NCBI RefSeq assembly: GCF_009914755.1
Contig: NC_060940.1
Strand: one strand, 5' to 3'
Source of the DNA: the human T2T-CHM13v2.0 reference genome, Homo sapiens
Length of the DNA: 64,000 nt
This document shows, piece after piece, positions 32,147 to 45,295 of the stretch. Below the pieces are notes generated by a model. It worked only from the letters and a program-made list of their open reading frames with translations, searched no databases and was not told the DNA's origin. A program made the translations under genes and the position numbers. Within the stretch, counting starts at the first letter, position 1; every line of letters starts with the position of its first letter.

Positions 32147-32247
32147 GTAAGTGCGCAAGCTCTCGCCCCTGGAAGGGCTGTGATGCCTTTCAACAGCCAC
32201 ACCTCTCCGTTGAACCCATCAACACCCTTTGTGCAGAGGTGGGTTGA

Positions 32248-32622
<375 letters not shown>

Positions 32623-32711
32623 TTAATGTGGACATCAGAAGGAATTCTGGTATTACGAGTGGTGGGAGAAGCATTTTATACTTTATTAGGGTATGAATAA
32701 CAACATCTTTA

Positions 32712-33245
32712 TTTACTTTTAACTTTTATTTTAGGTTTAGGGGTACATGTGCAGGTTTGTTATAAAGGTTAAATTGCATGTCATTGGGGTTTGGTGTCCA
32801 GATTATTTCATCACTCTTGTAATGAGCACAGTACCCAATAAGTAGTTTTTTGATGCTCACCCTCCTCCTTCCCTCCCTGCTCAAGTAGGCCCTGGTGCCT
32901 GCTGTTCCCTTCTTTGTGTCCATATATACTCAATGTTTAGCTCCCACTTATAAGTGAGAACATGCGACATTAGATTTTCTGTTCCTGAGTTAGTTCACTT
33001 AGGATAATAGCCTCCGGCTTCCTCCATGTTGCTGCAAAGGACATAATCTAATTCTTTTTTATGGCTGTGTAGTATTCCAGGCTGTATAATTACCACATTT
33101 TCTTTATCCAGTCTACCGTTGATGGGCATTTAGGTGGATTCCATGTCTTTGCTATTGTGAATAGTGCCGTGATGGACATACATGTGCATGTGTCTTTATG
33201 GCAGAACAATGTATATTCCTTTGGGTATATGCCCAGTAATGTGAT
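32712..33245 (-). mobile_element. L1PA/PB 3' end, 5'-truncated
   Basis: ggggtacatgtgcaggtttgtta...cccacttataagtgagaacatg; TSD acaacatctttattta/acaacatatttattta. Confidence 0.9.
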
Positions 33246-33616
33246 CGACAACATATTTATTTAAAAATTGAGCACTTATTTAAAAAATCTTAAGTGCTTT
33301 CTTCATTGGCTGTGAAAGCTCTGAGTTTTCTGTGAATGTCATTAGGTCCATTGTACACATGTGAAAAGTAAAGCAACACACCCAAAGATGGTCAGTCCTT
33401 TGAACTTGGGTTGTTTGATGTTTGTGACTATTACATAGATGCCATTTATATTGAGTATATGTCTAGCAGCTTTATTGCTGGGTCACAGGCTGGACGTATG
33501 TTTAGTTGCTGGAGATTGCCAACTCATTTTCCAAAGCTGTTATACCCATTTGTATCAATTTTTTCCAAGCAGCACAGCCAAATTTGAAGCTGGATCTGGC
33601 TGATTCCAGCTCTAAC

Positions 33617-33910
33617 TTTTTTTTTTTTTTTTTTTTTTTTGGAGAGAGGGTCTCACTCTGCCACCCAGGTGGGAGTACAGTGGCACAATCACAACTCACT
33701 GCAGCTTTGATCTCCCTGGGCTCAAGTGATCCTCCTACCCCAGCCTCCCAAGAAGCTGGTACTGTAGGCATACTCCACCATGCCCAGCTAATACTTGTAT
33801 TTTTTATAGAGAAGGGATTTCATCATGCTGCACAGGCTGGTCTCGAACTCCTAGGCTCAAGCAACATGCCGAAGTGCTGGGACTACAGGTGTGAGCCACC
33901 ACGCCTGGCC
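33617..33910 (-). mobile_element. AluJ, followed by TA-rich low-complexity sequence (33914-34122)
   Basis: Antisense Alu with a small left-arm deletion. Confidence 0.9.
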
Positions 33911-34707
33911 CCTAATATATATGTGTGTGTATTTTATATACGTATATATAATGTATTACACATATTTTTACATTATATATATTTTACATATATATTTTAT
34001 GTATTATATATTTTACATATATATTAGAAACATTTACACATATATATTTACATGTATATTTTACATGTATATGTTTATATATTTTTTATGTATTTATTTT
34101 ACATATATTTTAAGATATATAAAATTCATAGCAGGCAAAAACAGCTTCTAATATTTTGAACCATTGTACTATATCCTACGAAAGTACTAAGTATAAATAA
34201 GAGAGACTTCCCGGAGAACCATTGCTCCTGGCCAGTAGAGGGTTTGGTTTTTGGAGGTGGTTTTGTTTTGTAAACGTCTTTGTTAATATGGAACATTCAG
34301 ACAAGTGCATAAATCTTAAGTGAGCAGCTCAGTGAATTTTTGCAAAGTGATTATTACCATGCAGCTACCACCTGACCAGGATATAAAGCATTTCTAGCAC
34401 CACTGACAGCCTTCCTCCAACTTTGTTCTTATTCCAAATTATCTTTACTCTAGTGACCCTTCACAATTCCACATGCCATTTAGCATGATGCGGTCATTTT
34501 CCACAACAAAAAAATCCTGCTGGGATTTTGATTGAGATTGCATTGAATTGATTGATTAATCTGAAGATTTTGTTAGATTGGTTCTTTCTTCCCTAAGTAT
34601 TCAAAATAATTCACTGGTAAAAACACGTAGGCCTGGGGTGGTTGTGTGTGTGTGTGTGGTGTGGAGGGACTGAGAGAAGGGATGAATTATAATTACAGAT
34701 TTAATTT

Positions 34708-35405
34708 CTTTTTTTAATTTGTAATTTTTGTGGGTCAATAGTATGCATATGTATTTTGGGGTATACGAGATATTTTGATACAGGCATATGATGTGTGATA
34801 ATCATGTCAGGGTAAAGGGAGTGTCCATCACCTCAAGTATTTATCCTGTCTTTGTGTTACAAACAATCCAGTTATACTCTTTTAGTTATTTTAAAATGTA
34901 CAATGAATTATTGACTGTAGTCATCCCGATGTGCTATCAAATACAGATCTTATTCTGTTGAACTCTGTACCCATTAACTATCCCCCCAGCCACTAGCCTC
35001 TGATAACCACGGTCCAACTCTCTATCTCCACAAGTTCAATTGTTTTTCTTTTTAGCTCCCACAAATGAGTGAGAACATGGGAAGCTTGTCTTTCTGTGCC
35101 TGGCTTATTTCAATGAACAGAATGACCTCCAGTTTCATCCGTGTTGTTGCAAATGACAGGATCTCATTCTCTTTTATGGAGGAATAGTACTCCATTGTGT
35201 ATGTGTACCAAATTTTCTTTATCCATTCCTCTGTTGGCGGGCACTTAGATTCTTCTAGATCGTGGCTACTGTGACAAGTGCTGCAGTAAACACGGGAGTG
35301 CAGGTATTTCTTTGATACACTGATTTCCTTTCTCTTGGGTATATATCTAACAGTGAGATTCCTAGATCATAGGGTAGTTCAATTTTTAGTTTTTTTGAGG
35401 AACAC
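34708..35405 (-). mobile_element. L1MA 3' end
   Basis: gatattttgatacaggcat...ctcccacaaatgagtgagaacatg...gggagtgcaggtatttctttgatacactgatttcc. Confidence 0.85.
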
Positions 35406-35856
35406 CCTAGATTTAATTTATTAGCTATTGGAGTATTCGGATTTTCTGTTTCTTATGTCAGTTTTGCTAGGTCATTTTTAGGGAAAAACTTCCATTTTAT
35501 CTAAATCTTCCAATCTATTGACTTAAAGCTGTTCTACAACGCATCAAGGAATTATTTTATGTGATAGATACGTTCTATGTGTTGATTGTGGTCATATTTA
35601 CATGGGGGTATACATTTGTCAAGTCTTATTCAACTGTGCACTTAAAATGGGTACATTATATGTATTTACATTATATGTAAATTATAGCTCAGTGTGGTTC
35701 AATAAAAATTTACAATTGATACCATTTTATTTTTACCTGTACTTATGAAAAAAGTTAAAAAGTTTAATCATATCAAGTGTTGGCAGTAAGATAGGCTACA
35801 CTGCAAGAGAGGGTATACATTGCCACAACCACCTGGAAGAACAATTTGGAAATACT

Positions 35857-36156
35857 ATTTATTTATAGATTGATTGATGGAGTCTCACTCTGTCACCCAG
35901 GCTGGAGTGTAGTGGTGCAGTCTAGGCTCACTGCAACCTCTGCCTCCTTTGTTCAAGTGATTCTCCTGCTTCAGTCTCCCAAGTAGCTGGAATTACAGGC
36001 ATGCTCCACCATACCCAGCTAATTTTTCTATCTTTAGTAGAGATGGGGTTTCACCATGTTGGCCAGAATGGTCTCGAACTCCTGACCTCAAGTGATCCAC
36101 CCCCCACTGGCCTCCCAAAGTGTTGGGATTACAGGCGTGAGCCACCACACCCAGCC
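35857..36156 (-). mobile_element. AluS within old L1M fragments
   Basis: Antisense dimeric Alu. Confidence 0.93.
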
Positions 36157-36683
36157 TGGAAATTCTTTTAAAATGGGAAATGATTATATGCTATCACCTA
36201 CAGGGACACATTTTAGGGAGATCCTCACACATGTGCTCAAAGAGATGATGCAACATTTATTGCAGTTCTGTTTGTAAGAGAAAAAAAAATTAAAAATGTA
36301 ACCATCACTCAGAGGTGAATGGTGGTAAACATACATGGTAAAATAGCTCTTAAATATAGCAAATTAAAATTACATGTTTGCAACTTGGACAAATCCCTCA
36401 AAGGAGTGAGAAAAAAATTACAAAGGAACTACAGTTGATGCCATTTATATATAAATTTTTAAAAGCACTATTCTTCCCCCGGTGTCATAAAAATTTTAGC
36501 TGAGTATGTGGAAATCCAGAATAAAGATTTCCTTGCAGCTAGGTGTGCCCATGTTTAAGCTATGTTCAACAGGATGTGAGGTGTGTTCAGCAATTCTGGA
36601 AACCTTCCCTAAGTGACAGCTGAGGAAAACCTTTTAACTCTGTCACTTCCTTCTCCTACCTGTCTTTCCCCCTTTTTTCTTTC

Positions 36684-37614
36684 TGTGTTTGTTTCCCAGG
36701 GCTACTGTAAGCAGACAGGAGGAGTCTCCAGGGATTGTAGGAATTTAATCCATTTGAGCAATCAGGCTGTTTTACAGCTTCCTGCCCTGCAGCCTGTTCT
36801 TCCCCAGCCCTGGGTAGAAAGAGGTCATCTTGTCAGTTTAAACCAGCTCCTGACAAGTGATGAACCCAAGTGAACGTTCCTTATTACCATGCTCAAGTCT
36901 CTACCCTGGGAAAAGCTATAGCTTCCTTACCATAACATGCAAACTATGTGCTGGCATGATGACTTACTGTGTCTGTACATCTACGTGGGATGACGTGTAC
37001 CCTCTCTCCTCTCTATCACCCCATAAAACCCTCGTCACTTTCCCTCTGAGAGACACTGCTTTGGAGAATCCTCCCAGTGTCGTCCTTACTTGAGCCAAGT
37101 AATAAAACTCCCATTGATCAAAACCTGCTTCCTTGTGGAGAGTCATTTGTTACTTGTCAGGGGAATGAACCCCGGTGTTTTTCGGGTAACGCTACTGTAG
37201 CAAAGAGCTGTAAACTAGGTGGCTTTAAACAACAGAAATTTATTCTCTGACAGCTCTGGAGGCTTTAGAAGTCTGAAGTCAGTGCTCTCTGGGGGCTCTA
37301 GAGAAGAATGGATTATGTGCCTTGCTCCCACCTCCTTGTGTTGCTGGTGATCTTTGGCCCTCCCTGGCTACAGATACATCCACTATCTGCCCCTGTCTTC
37401 AGATTGCATCCTCTCACATGTGTCCGATTCTGGGTCTCTCCTCTTCTTATAAGGACACCCGTCACACTGGATCAGGACCCACCCTAAACCAGTATCTTAA
37501 CTTGATCACACCTGCAAAGACCTTATTTTCAAGTAAGGCCACATTTGAAAATCAGGGGGGGTGGGGTTAGGACTTTAACATATTTTTTGTGGGAACACAG
37601 TTCAACCCACACCA
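36684..37614 (-). mobile_element. MLT1C/D-like MaLR LTR, split by an ERV1 LTR
   Basis: ggtggctttaaacaacagaaatttattctct...tcttataaggacacc...ctgcaaagaccttattt...ttcaacccacacca. Confidence 0.8.
36706..37191 (+). mobile_element. ERV1-class solo LTR
   Basis: TG start, cataaaa TATA-like box, aataaa near 37100, ggtaac end, 4-bp TSD ctac (36702-36705 / 37192-37195). Confidence 0.8.
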
Positions 37615-37914
37615 TCTTCCTATCCTCCTCCTATTTCTTTAATCCTTCTAAACCTTTCTGTGGGTTGGGATGTGAATGTGATAGCAGGAGCTATAACAGC
37701 TGTATTGGACCATGAGGTAAATTCAGAAATAGACTCCAGGAATGGAGGACCTAAAAAATCAAAGACAGTTGGGTTCCTAACATAATAATGAGGCCACATC
37801 AGGTATAGACTACCTATGAAGACTCTCATATGCAAAATAAATAAATATTTATCTTTTAAACCTCTCTTCTCTTTGTGTTGGGGTTTTTTCACTTGCAGTC
37901 AAATCTAATCTTAA

Positions 37915-37951
37915 TACACACACACACATGCACACACACACACACACACAT
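37915..37951. repeat. (CA)n microsatellite
   Basis: Interrupted CA run. Confidence 0.9.
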
Positions 37952-38295
37952 TTGCTCATATGATTTGTTGGACTCTAAGTGTGAACATACTAAACTTATG
38001 AAGCGTGGCTATCTCTGAGGAAGAGAGAGTAGAATGAGAAATGATGGTCAGAGGGAACTTCAACTTCCTCTGACACCTTTTATTTCTTTAAGTAAAAGAA
38101 GACAAATATACTAAAAGTTTAGTATTAATAGCTTTGAATTATAGATGGTGGAAATCTTTGATAACATTAATATTTGAATTTTGAATTTTAAAAATTTGTC
38201 CTTCCAGAATCTCCTCAAATATTAAGAGGACTCTATTTGCACCTTTTACTCCAAGTCGCATGAATCAGTGTGAAATTCCTGGAATGTACTGGCTA

Positions 38296-38703
<408 letters not shown>

Positions 38704-39092
38704 TAATGACAGGTGATGAGACATCTAAGTAAACATTTGGAAAATCAGCGAAAATTAATTTCCATCAGATTCCATAATAAAAGCCCAATAGATGGTTCTT
38801 TTTCATAATTGCCTAAATTACAAAAGTAACACTTGCTCACCATAAGAAATCCAAAGACCAGGATAATAAAACTTGATAAGAGCAAAAATTGAAATCTGCC
38901 TTTTATCATCTCCATTGTATCCCAGGCACAACTAATCTGTATAAAGGTTTAAATATCTTAAAACTAAACTGTAGAGCACTAGGATAAAATTGGGGACTAT
39001 TTTAAAAATCCAATGGTAGGAATGAATATTTCTTACATGGAACTGAAGGTGGAAACTTTAACCAGATTCTTCTGTAATTAAAACAGTTTTAA

Positions 39093-39548
<456 letters not shown>

Positions 39549-39702
39549 TAAGTGTAACTGGTACATAAAAATAAATAATATCTGTTGATGGGGAGAATGT
39601 AGGGGAATTTGCACATTCATATAATTCTGGTGGAATTGAAAAATCAACAAAACTTTCTAGGAGAAAATGTGGCCCTATGTATCAAAAGCCTTTAAAAAGA
39701 TA

Positions 39703-40017
39703 CAGTATCCCCCTTTATTAATGGTTTGGATGTCTGGGGTTTAAGTTACATATAGACAGTCCAATAAAATATTTTGAGAGAGAGAGAGAGATCACATTCA
39801 CATAACTTTTATTGCTGTATATTGTCATAATGTTTTATTTTTTGCTAATCTTTTATTGTGCCTAATTTATAAAATAAATTTTATCATAGGTGTGTATAGA
39901 TAGGAAAAAAACATAGTATGTATAGGGCTTGGTACCATCCTTACTTCCAGCCATCCCATGGGGGTATTGGAAAGTATACACTCCACCACCGCCCTGTGGA
40001 AAAGGGAGTCTACTATG
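39703..40017. mobile_element. MER44A-like Tigger (Tc1/mariner) element
   Basis: cagtatcccccttt...gatcacattcacataacttttatt...ataggaaaaaacatagta...aagggagtctacta with degenerate terminal inverted repeats. Confidence 0.75.
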
Positions 40018-40391
40018 CATGATTTTGACTCAGTGATTTCACTAGGAATCCCTTAAGAGAAAATAAAGAGGACTATGGGTGAGCTACCAATCTATTCGTC
40101 TCAATGGTGCATATAGTAGCAAAGAAAATTGTAAACAACCTGTTTATAATCTTCATTAAACAAATGATGGCATATTTGTTCAATAGAATAGTATGAAGGT
40201 TATTAAAGTGACTTAATTTCTTCAGAAGATGTTTGCAATGTATTAAGTGAAAAATTAAAAATTATATAAATCCATCTTTTTAAAAAGGTGTCCGTACATG
40301 TATATCATACAGAACACTGGAAGAATTATATATCAATGTGTGCAAGGGGGGATGTTTCAGAGGGGTGGGACTATGGGTAATTTTCATTTCC

Positions 40392-40695
40392 TTTTTGTTT
40401 GTTTTGTTTTGTTTTGTTTTTTGAGGCAGAGTTTCGCTCTTGTTGCCCAGCGCCATGGCACGATGGCTCACTGCAACTTCCGTCTCCCGAGTTCAAGCGA
40501 TTCTCCTGCCTCAGCCTCCCAAGTAGCTGGGATTACAGGCATGTACCACCACACCTGGCTAATTTTTGTATTTCTAGTAGAGACGGGGTTTTACCATGTT
40601 GGCCAGGCTGGTCTCGAACTCCTGACCTCAAGTAATCCATCTGTCTTTGCCTTCCAAAGTGCTGGGATTACAGGCATGAGCCACTGTACCCAGCC
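40392..40695 (-). mobile_element. AluS
   Basis: Antisense Alu with a (gtttt)n tail. Confidence 0.93.
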
Positions 40696-42292
40696 TCATG
40701 TTCTTTTTATTTATCAATATGTTTACAATGAGGAAAATGTTTAAAAAGGTCCCAGTTGAAGCATCTCATCCTTTGGGAAGCCTTCCTGCCCTCCAGTCCT
40801 TATAAATACCCTTCCTGTGTGTGTTCACTGTGTGTATCTCACAAGACTAGCAAGCTGACCTCTTCAGTGTTAATTTCCTTGTTCTGTTCATTGTTCATCA
40901 CTAGAGTATAACTTCCTTGAGGAAAAGAGACATGTCTTGCCTTGTCACTGCATTCTCAATTTGTAGTTTGAAGAATGTTTGTTGAATGATGAATTGAAAA
41001 TGTCCTTTTATTTGGTCTTTTAAGTAACTATCTGCTAGCATCCCACTGTTTAATAATTTATAAAATTGGAAATCACAAATTTCTAATGGGAGTGAGTAAT
41101 TGCTTCAAACTCTGGTTTTGCCAATGGAGAAACAGAGGCTGGGGAGAAACGAAGTGACAACCGGTGTTGTGTGGTGGGCTAGGGGCAGGCTAGGACCACA
41201 CCTGCTCTCACGGTTTTTCTCCTGAGGCTTTCACAGACCAGACTGCTTAGCAGGCCTCCTGATTTGCTTTTGTTATATGGGGAAATCTGACACACAGAGA
41301 ATCGTGAGGGGGATGAATGTTTCTAGTTAGGGCAGGAGGGGGCAGTGAGAAAGGGAGAAATCTGGCTGCCCATGAGAAACAAGGTTTAAAACTAGATTTT
41401 ATGATATTCCACCTGTCTCCATGCTCTGAAATTGTGTGCGTGTGTGCGCGCGCACATGTTTACTTCATGGGGAAGAAAGTGCAAGAAAACTTTATCTCGG
41501 GCAGCCTGGCAAATTCAACCTCTAAGACAGCCACCCTCAGAAATCTGCTCAAGCTGTTCCTTTCTTTCCTCAAATGTCCCCTGATGGTCTCCCCACCTCT
41601 CAAATTTGCTGGGTCATTGCATCTGTTTCTACCTGGCTGCATCTGAGTAGTCGCAGTGTCAGTAAGTGAATTTGGGCTTCCAGCTGCGGGCCTCAGCAAG
41701 TTTATCTCTGAAAATGGACCTGTCTTCACACTTAATCGTGTCTCTGTGTCCCCCATCTCTGAGCAAACAGCTGGAAAGTGAGTTGAGTCAACCAGTAGTT
41801 GGTCTGCATGGGGCTTTCTGGATGACACATATTTTGATATTTAATCCTCAAAACGTTTTGATATTTAATCCTCAAAACCATTCTGTGAGGAAGAGCTGTC
41901 ATCCCCATTTTGTAGATGAGAATACTGAGTCCCAGGGAGAGAAGGTTACCTTCCCTGGGTTATACAGCCGCAAGTGGGTGAGGCTGGCTGAGAAAGCTGA
42001 GGGTTTGGGTATGAGGAAGTTAAATTTGCTTTCCCCCTTCTGGCAGGTAGCATTTGCAAGGGCCGTGTGTTTAAAAACAAAAAATGACTTTAGTATTCAT
42101 AATACTTAGGAACACGTAATAAACACTGAACCTGGTTCTCTACCTTAGACTTCATAATTTGAGGAGAAGAAATTCAATGTAGTCATTTTTAAGAGATCCT
42201 TGTCCCTTCTTGAGGTTATACAAGTATCTTAGGACTTGTGAGTTTTTGGGAAAAATAAAGCCCAGATGGGTCCTGTGTTTTCTGTGGGTGTT

Positions 42293-42478
42293 GTTATTAT
42301 TTATTTTTATTTATTTTATTATACTTTAAGTTCTAGGGTACATGTGCACAACGTGCAGGTTTGTTACATATGTATACATGTGCCGTGTTGGTTTGCTGCA
42401 CCCATTAACTCGTCATTTACATTAGGTATTTCTCCTAATGCTATCCCTCCCCCATGCCCCCACCCCACGACAGGCCCC
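42293..42478 (-). mobile_element. Short L1PA 3' end inserted in the tail of an AluJ
   Basis: tatactttaagttctagggtacatgtgcacaacgtgcagg...cccacgacaggcccc directly abutting the Alu (tat)n tail. Confidence 0.9.
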
Positions 42479-42786
42479 TATTATTATTATTTTTGAGATG
42501 GGGTCTCGCTCTTGTCAGCCAGGCTGGAGTGCAGAGGCGCATTCTTGGCTCACTGCAACCTCTGTCCCCTGAGCTCAAGAGATCCTCCCTCCTCAGCATC
42601 CTAAGTAGCTGAGACCCCAGATGTGTGCCACCACGCCTTGCTACGTTATTTTATTTATTTATTTTTGTTAGAGACAGGGTTTTACCATGTTGCCCAGGCT
42701 GATCACGAACTCCTGAGCTCAAGCAATCTGTCTGCCTCTGCCTCCCAAAGTGAGGGGATTACAGGTGTTAGCCACCGTGCCCGGCC
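42479..42786 (-). mobile_element. AluJ
   Basis: Diverged antisense Alu. Confidence 0.9.
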
Positions 42787-43164
42787 CTGTGGGTATCATT
42801 ATTGAAGGTGCTTTTGTTTTCTGTTCTGGATGGCTCAGAGGTGTCTCTTGAAGTGTCATCTCCGTGGACCACAGATTCAGCCATAGGTATCCACACCGAT
42901 GCTCTAGTATCATACACACACTGCACAGGCCTGCAGCAGTCATTGTTGCCATTGACAAATATTTGTTACCAAGGTTTCCACCCCTTGCAGAATACCCACG
43001 CTAGTCTTGCGGATGTATCATCCTAGGAGTGGGTCAGTTCTGTATTCAGACTCCAGAGCCGAGCCCCCTGTGGCAGAGTAGGAGTGCCCAAACCTGCAAG
43101 ATCCTACAGCCGTGCTTGCCATCTTGAGATGTAGATAACATTTTTATCATTCTCTTTAAACTAT

Positions 43165-44190
43165 TTTTCTTATTTTGTTGAGGTATAGCTTATATACACT
43201 AAAATGCACAAATCCTAAGTATACGGATCAATGGATTTGTATACAGGTATATGCCTTAGGTAACCACCATCCAGATCTAGTCACAGAACATTTTCATTAC
43301 CTTAGAAAAATCCCTCATGACCTATTAAAGTTACCCCACTGTTGGATGTAACCACTGTCTGATCTCAATCACTGTAGCTTAGCTTTCCTGTTTTTGCCAT
43401 TCATATAAATGGCATGATCCAGAAGGTACTCTTTTGTTTCTAGCTTCTTTTGCCCAAAATATTTTTGAAAATCATCCATGTTATTTGGTTTTACCACATT
43501 TCATTCTATTTGTATTAATGTTTCGTATTACATTGTATTTGCATACAGCAATTATCTCTTTTCCTTTTTATAGACCTTTGCATTGTTTCCAGTTTGGGAC
43601 TAGTAAGAATAAAGTTTCTATGAGCATTCTTGTACAAATGTTTTTGTGGGCATCCATGAGATGGTTTGGCTGTGTCCCCACTCAAATTTCATCTCAAATT
43701 GTAATCCGCATATTTCAGGGGAGGGACTTAGTGGGAGGGAGGTGATTGGATCACAGGGGTGGTTTCCCCCATGCTGTTCTAGTGATAGTGAGTTCTCGCA
43801 AGATCTGATGGTGATGTAAGTGACGATTTCCCCTGCTCTCTCTCTCCTGCAGCCTTGTTAAGGATGTGCATGCTTCTCCTTTGCCTTCCACCGTGATTGT
43901 AAGTTTCCTGAGGCCTTCCCAGCAATGCAGAACCGTAAGTCAATTAAACCTCTTTCCTTTATACGTTATCCAGTCTCTGGGAAGTTCTTTATGGCAATGT
44001 GAAAAATGGCCTAATATAATACATACTTGTTTCTCTTGGGTATAACTCTAAGATTGAAACTGGGGTCTTATTTAATTTTATTGGGAACTGGCAAATTGTG
44101 TTCCAGAGTAATTGAGTTACTCTGTATTTTATATTCCCATTAGCATTGTGTGGGAGTTCCAGTCACTCTACATCCTTGCCAATACGTCTA
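43165..44190 (-). mobile_element. Old L1M 3' fragment, interrupted by a THE1 LTR
   Basis: aaaatgcacaaatcctaagt...catataaatggcat...ctatgagcattcttgtacaaatgtttttgtgg; resumes after 44020. Confidence 0.7.
43657..44019 (+). mobile_element. THE1D/MSTA-like MaLR solo LTR
   Basis: tgagatggtttggctgtgtcccca...gattgtaagtttcctgaggcc...gtcaattaaacctctttcctt. Confidence 0.88.
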
Positions 44191-44522
44191 TTATTCTTTT
44201 TTATTCCATCCCAGTCTACAGGAAAACTGGATGCTTATTTTCTCCATCAGAGTTTTCCGCCATGTTGTACTTTCTGCCATATTGTATATATGTTGCTGTT
44301 CCTACTGGGGACATATACACCAAAGTTTAAGATCATGGTTTTTCATTTTCACCCTGGATTTCTCCGAACTGCCATCCAGCTTTCCTTCTCCCCTACCTTA
44401 AATCTTACTTACTTTAATTCTGTTTGGAAAAGTGGAAAGTAATATAGATCAAGTAGCTATCTCCTATTATATTCAAAGTAAAATGTATATTAGAGAAGTA
44501 GGTATAAGAAAATCTTCATTTA

Positions 44523-44876
<354 letters not shown>

Positions 44877-45037
44877 TCAGATGGCCCTGTCCCTTACTGA
44901 CTGTGACTTTAGACACATGATTTAATAGCATGGAATTTCAGATTCATTGACTATAAAATACAGAGAGTAAAAATTCAATGACATAAAGGAGGTAAAACAG
45001 TATGCTACAGACTAGGTAATTCTTCTCAAGTACATTT

Positions 45038-45295
45038 CAATTTTAGTTTGTATCAGACAGGATGTGCTGTGGTTACCACACGCAGCCCCCAAATCTCAGT
45101 GGTTTAGCATGATGGAAATTTGTTTTTTACTCACATTCTATTTCTAACCCTGGTTGTTGGAGCTCTCTCATCAGTCACTTAGGAACCTAGTCTAAAGGAG
45201 ATGTCACTTTGGCTCCAGGTTGCATGAATAATAGCATTGAGTGCTAGTGGGGGAAGGGGGTATGGTGGTAAATTCGGGTGTCCAGTCAGCAAATA
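45038..45295. repeat. Copy 1 of a local duplication (old MLT1-like start plus flank)
   Basis: Colinear with 47897-48155. Confidence 0.8.

Larger units (their letters stand above)
36470..37918 (+). mobile_element. Old MaLR LTR (MLT1I/J-like), split by nested insertions
   Basis: ttccttgcagctaggtgtgcccatg on the left; tgtgatagcaggagct...gaccatgagg...cacttgcagtcaaatctaatc on the right. Confidence 0.6.

Noticed and set aside
41317-42109. Overlapping 109-147 aa ORFs in unique sequence
   Set aside because: No recognisable domain, partly MIR-derived, ORFs on both strands, no convincing splice or Kozak context
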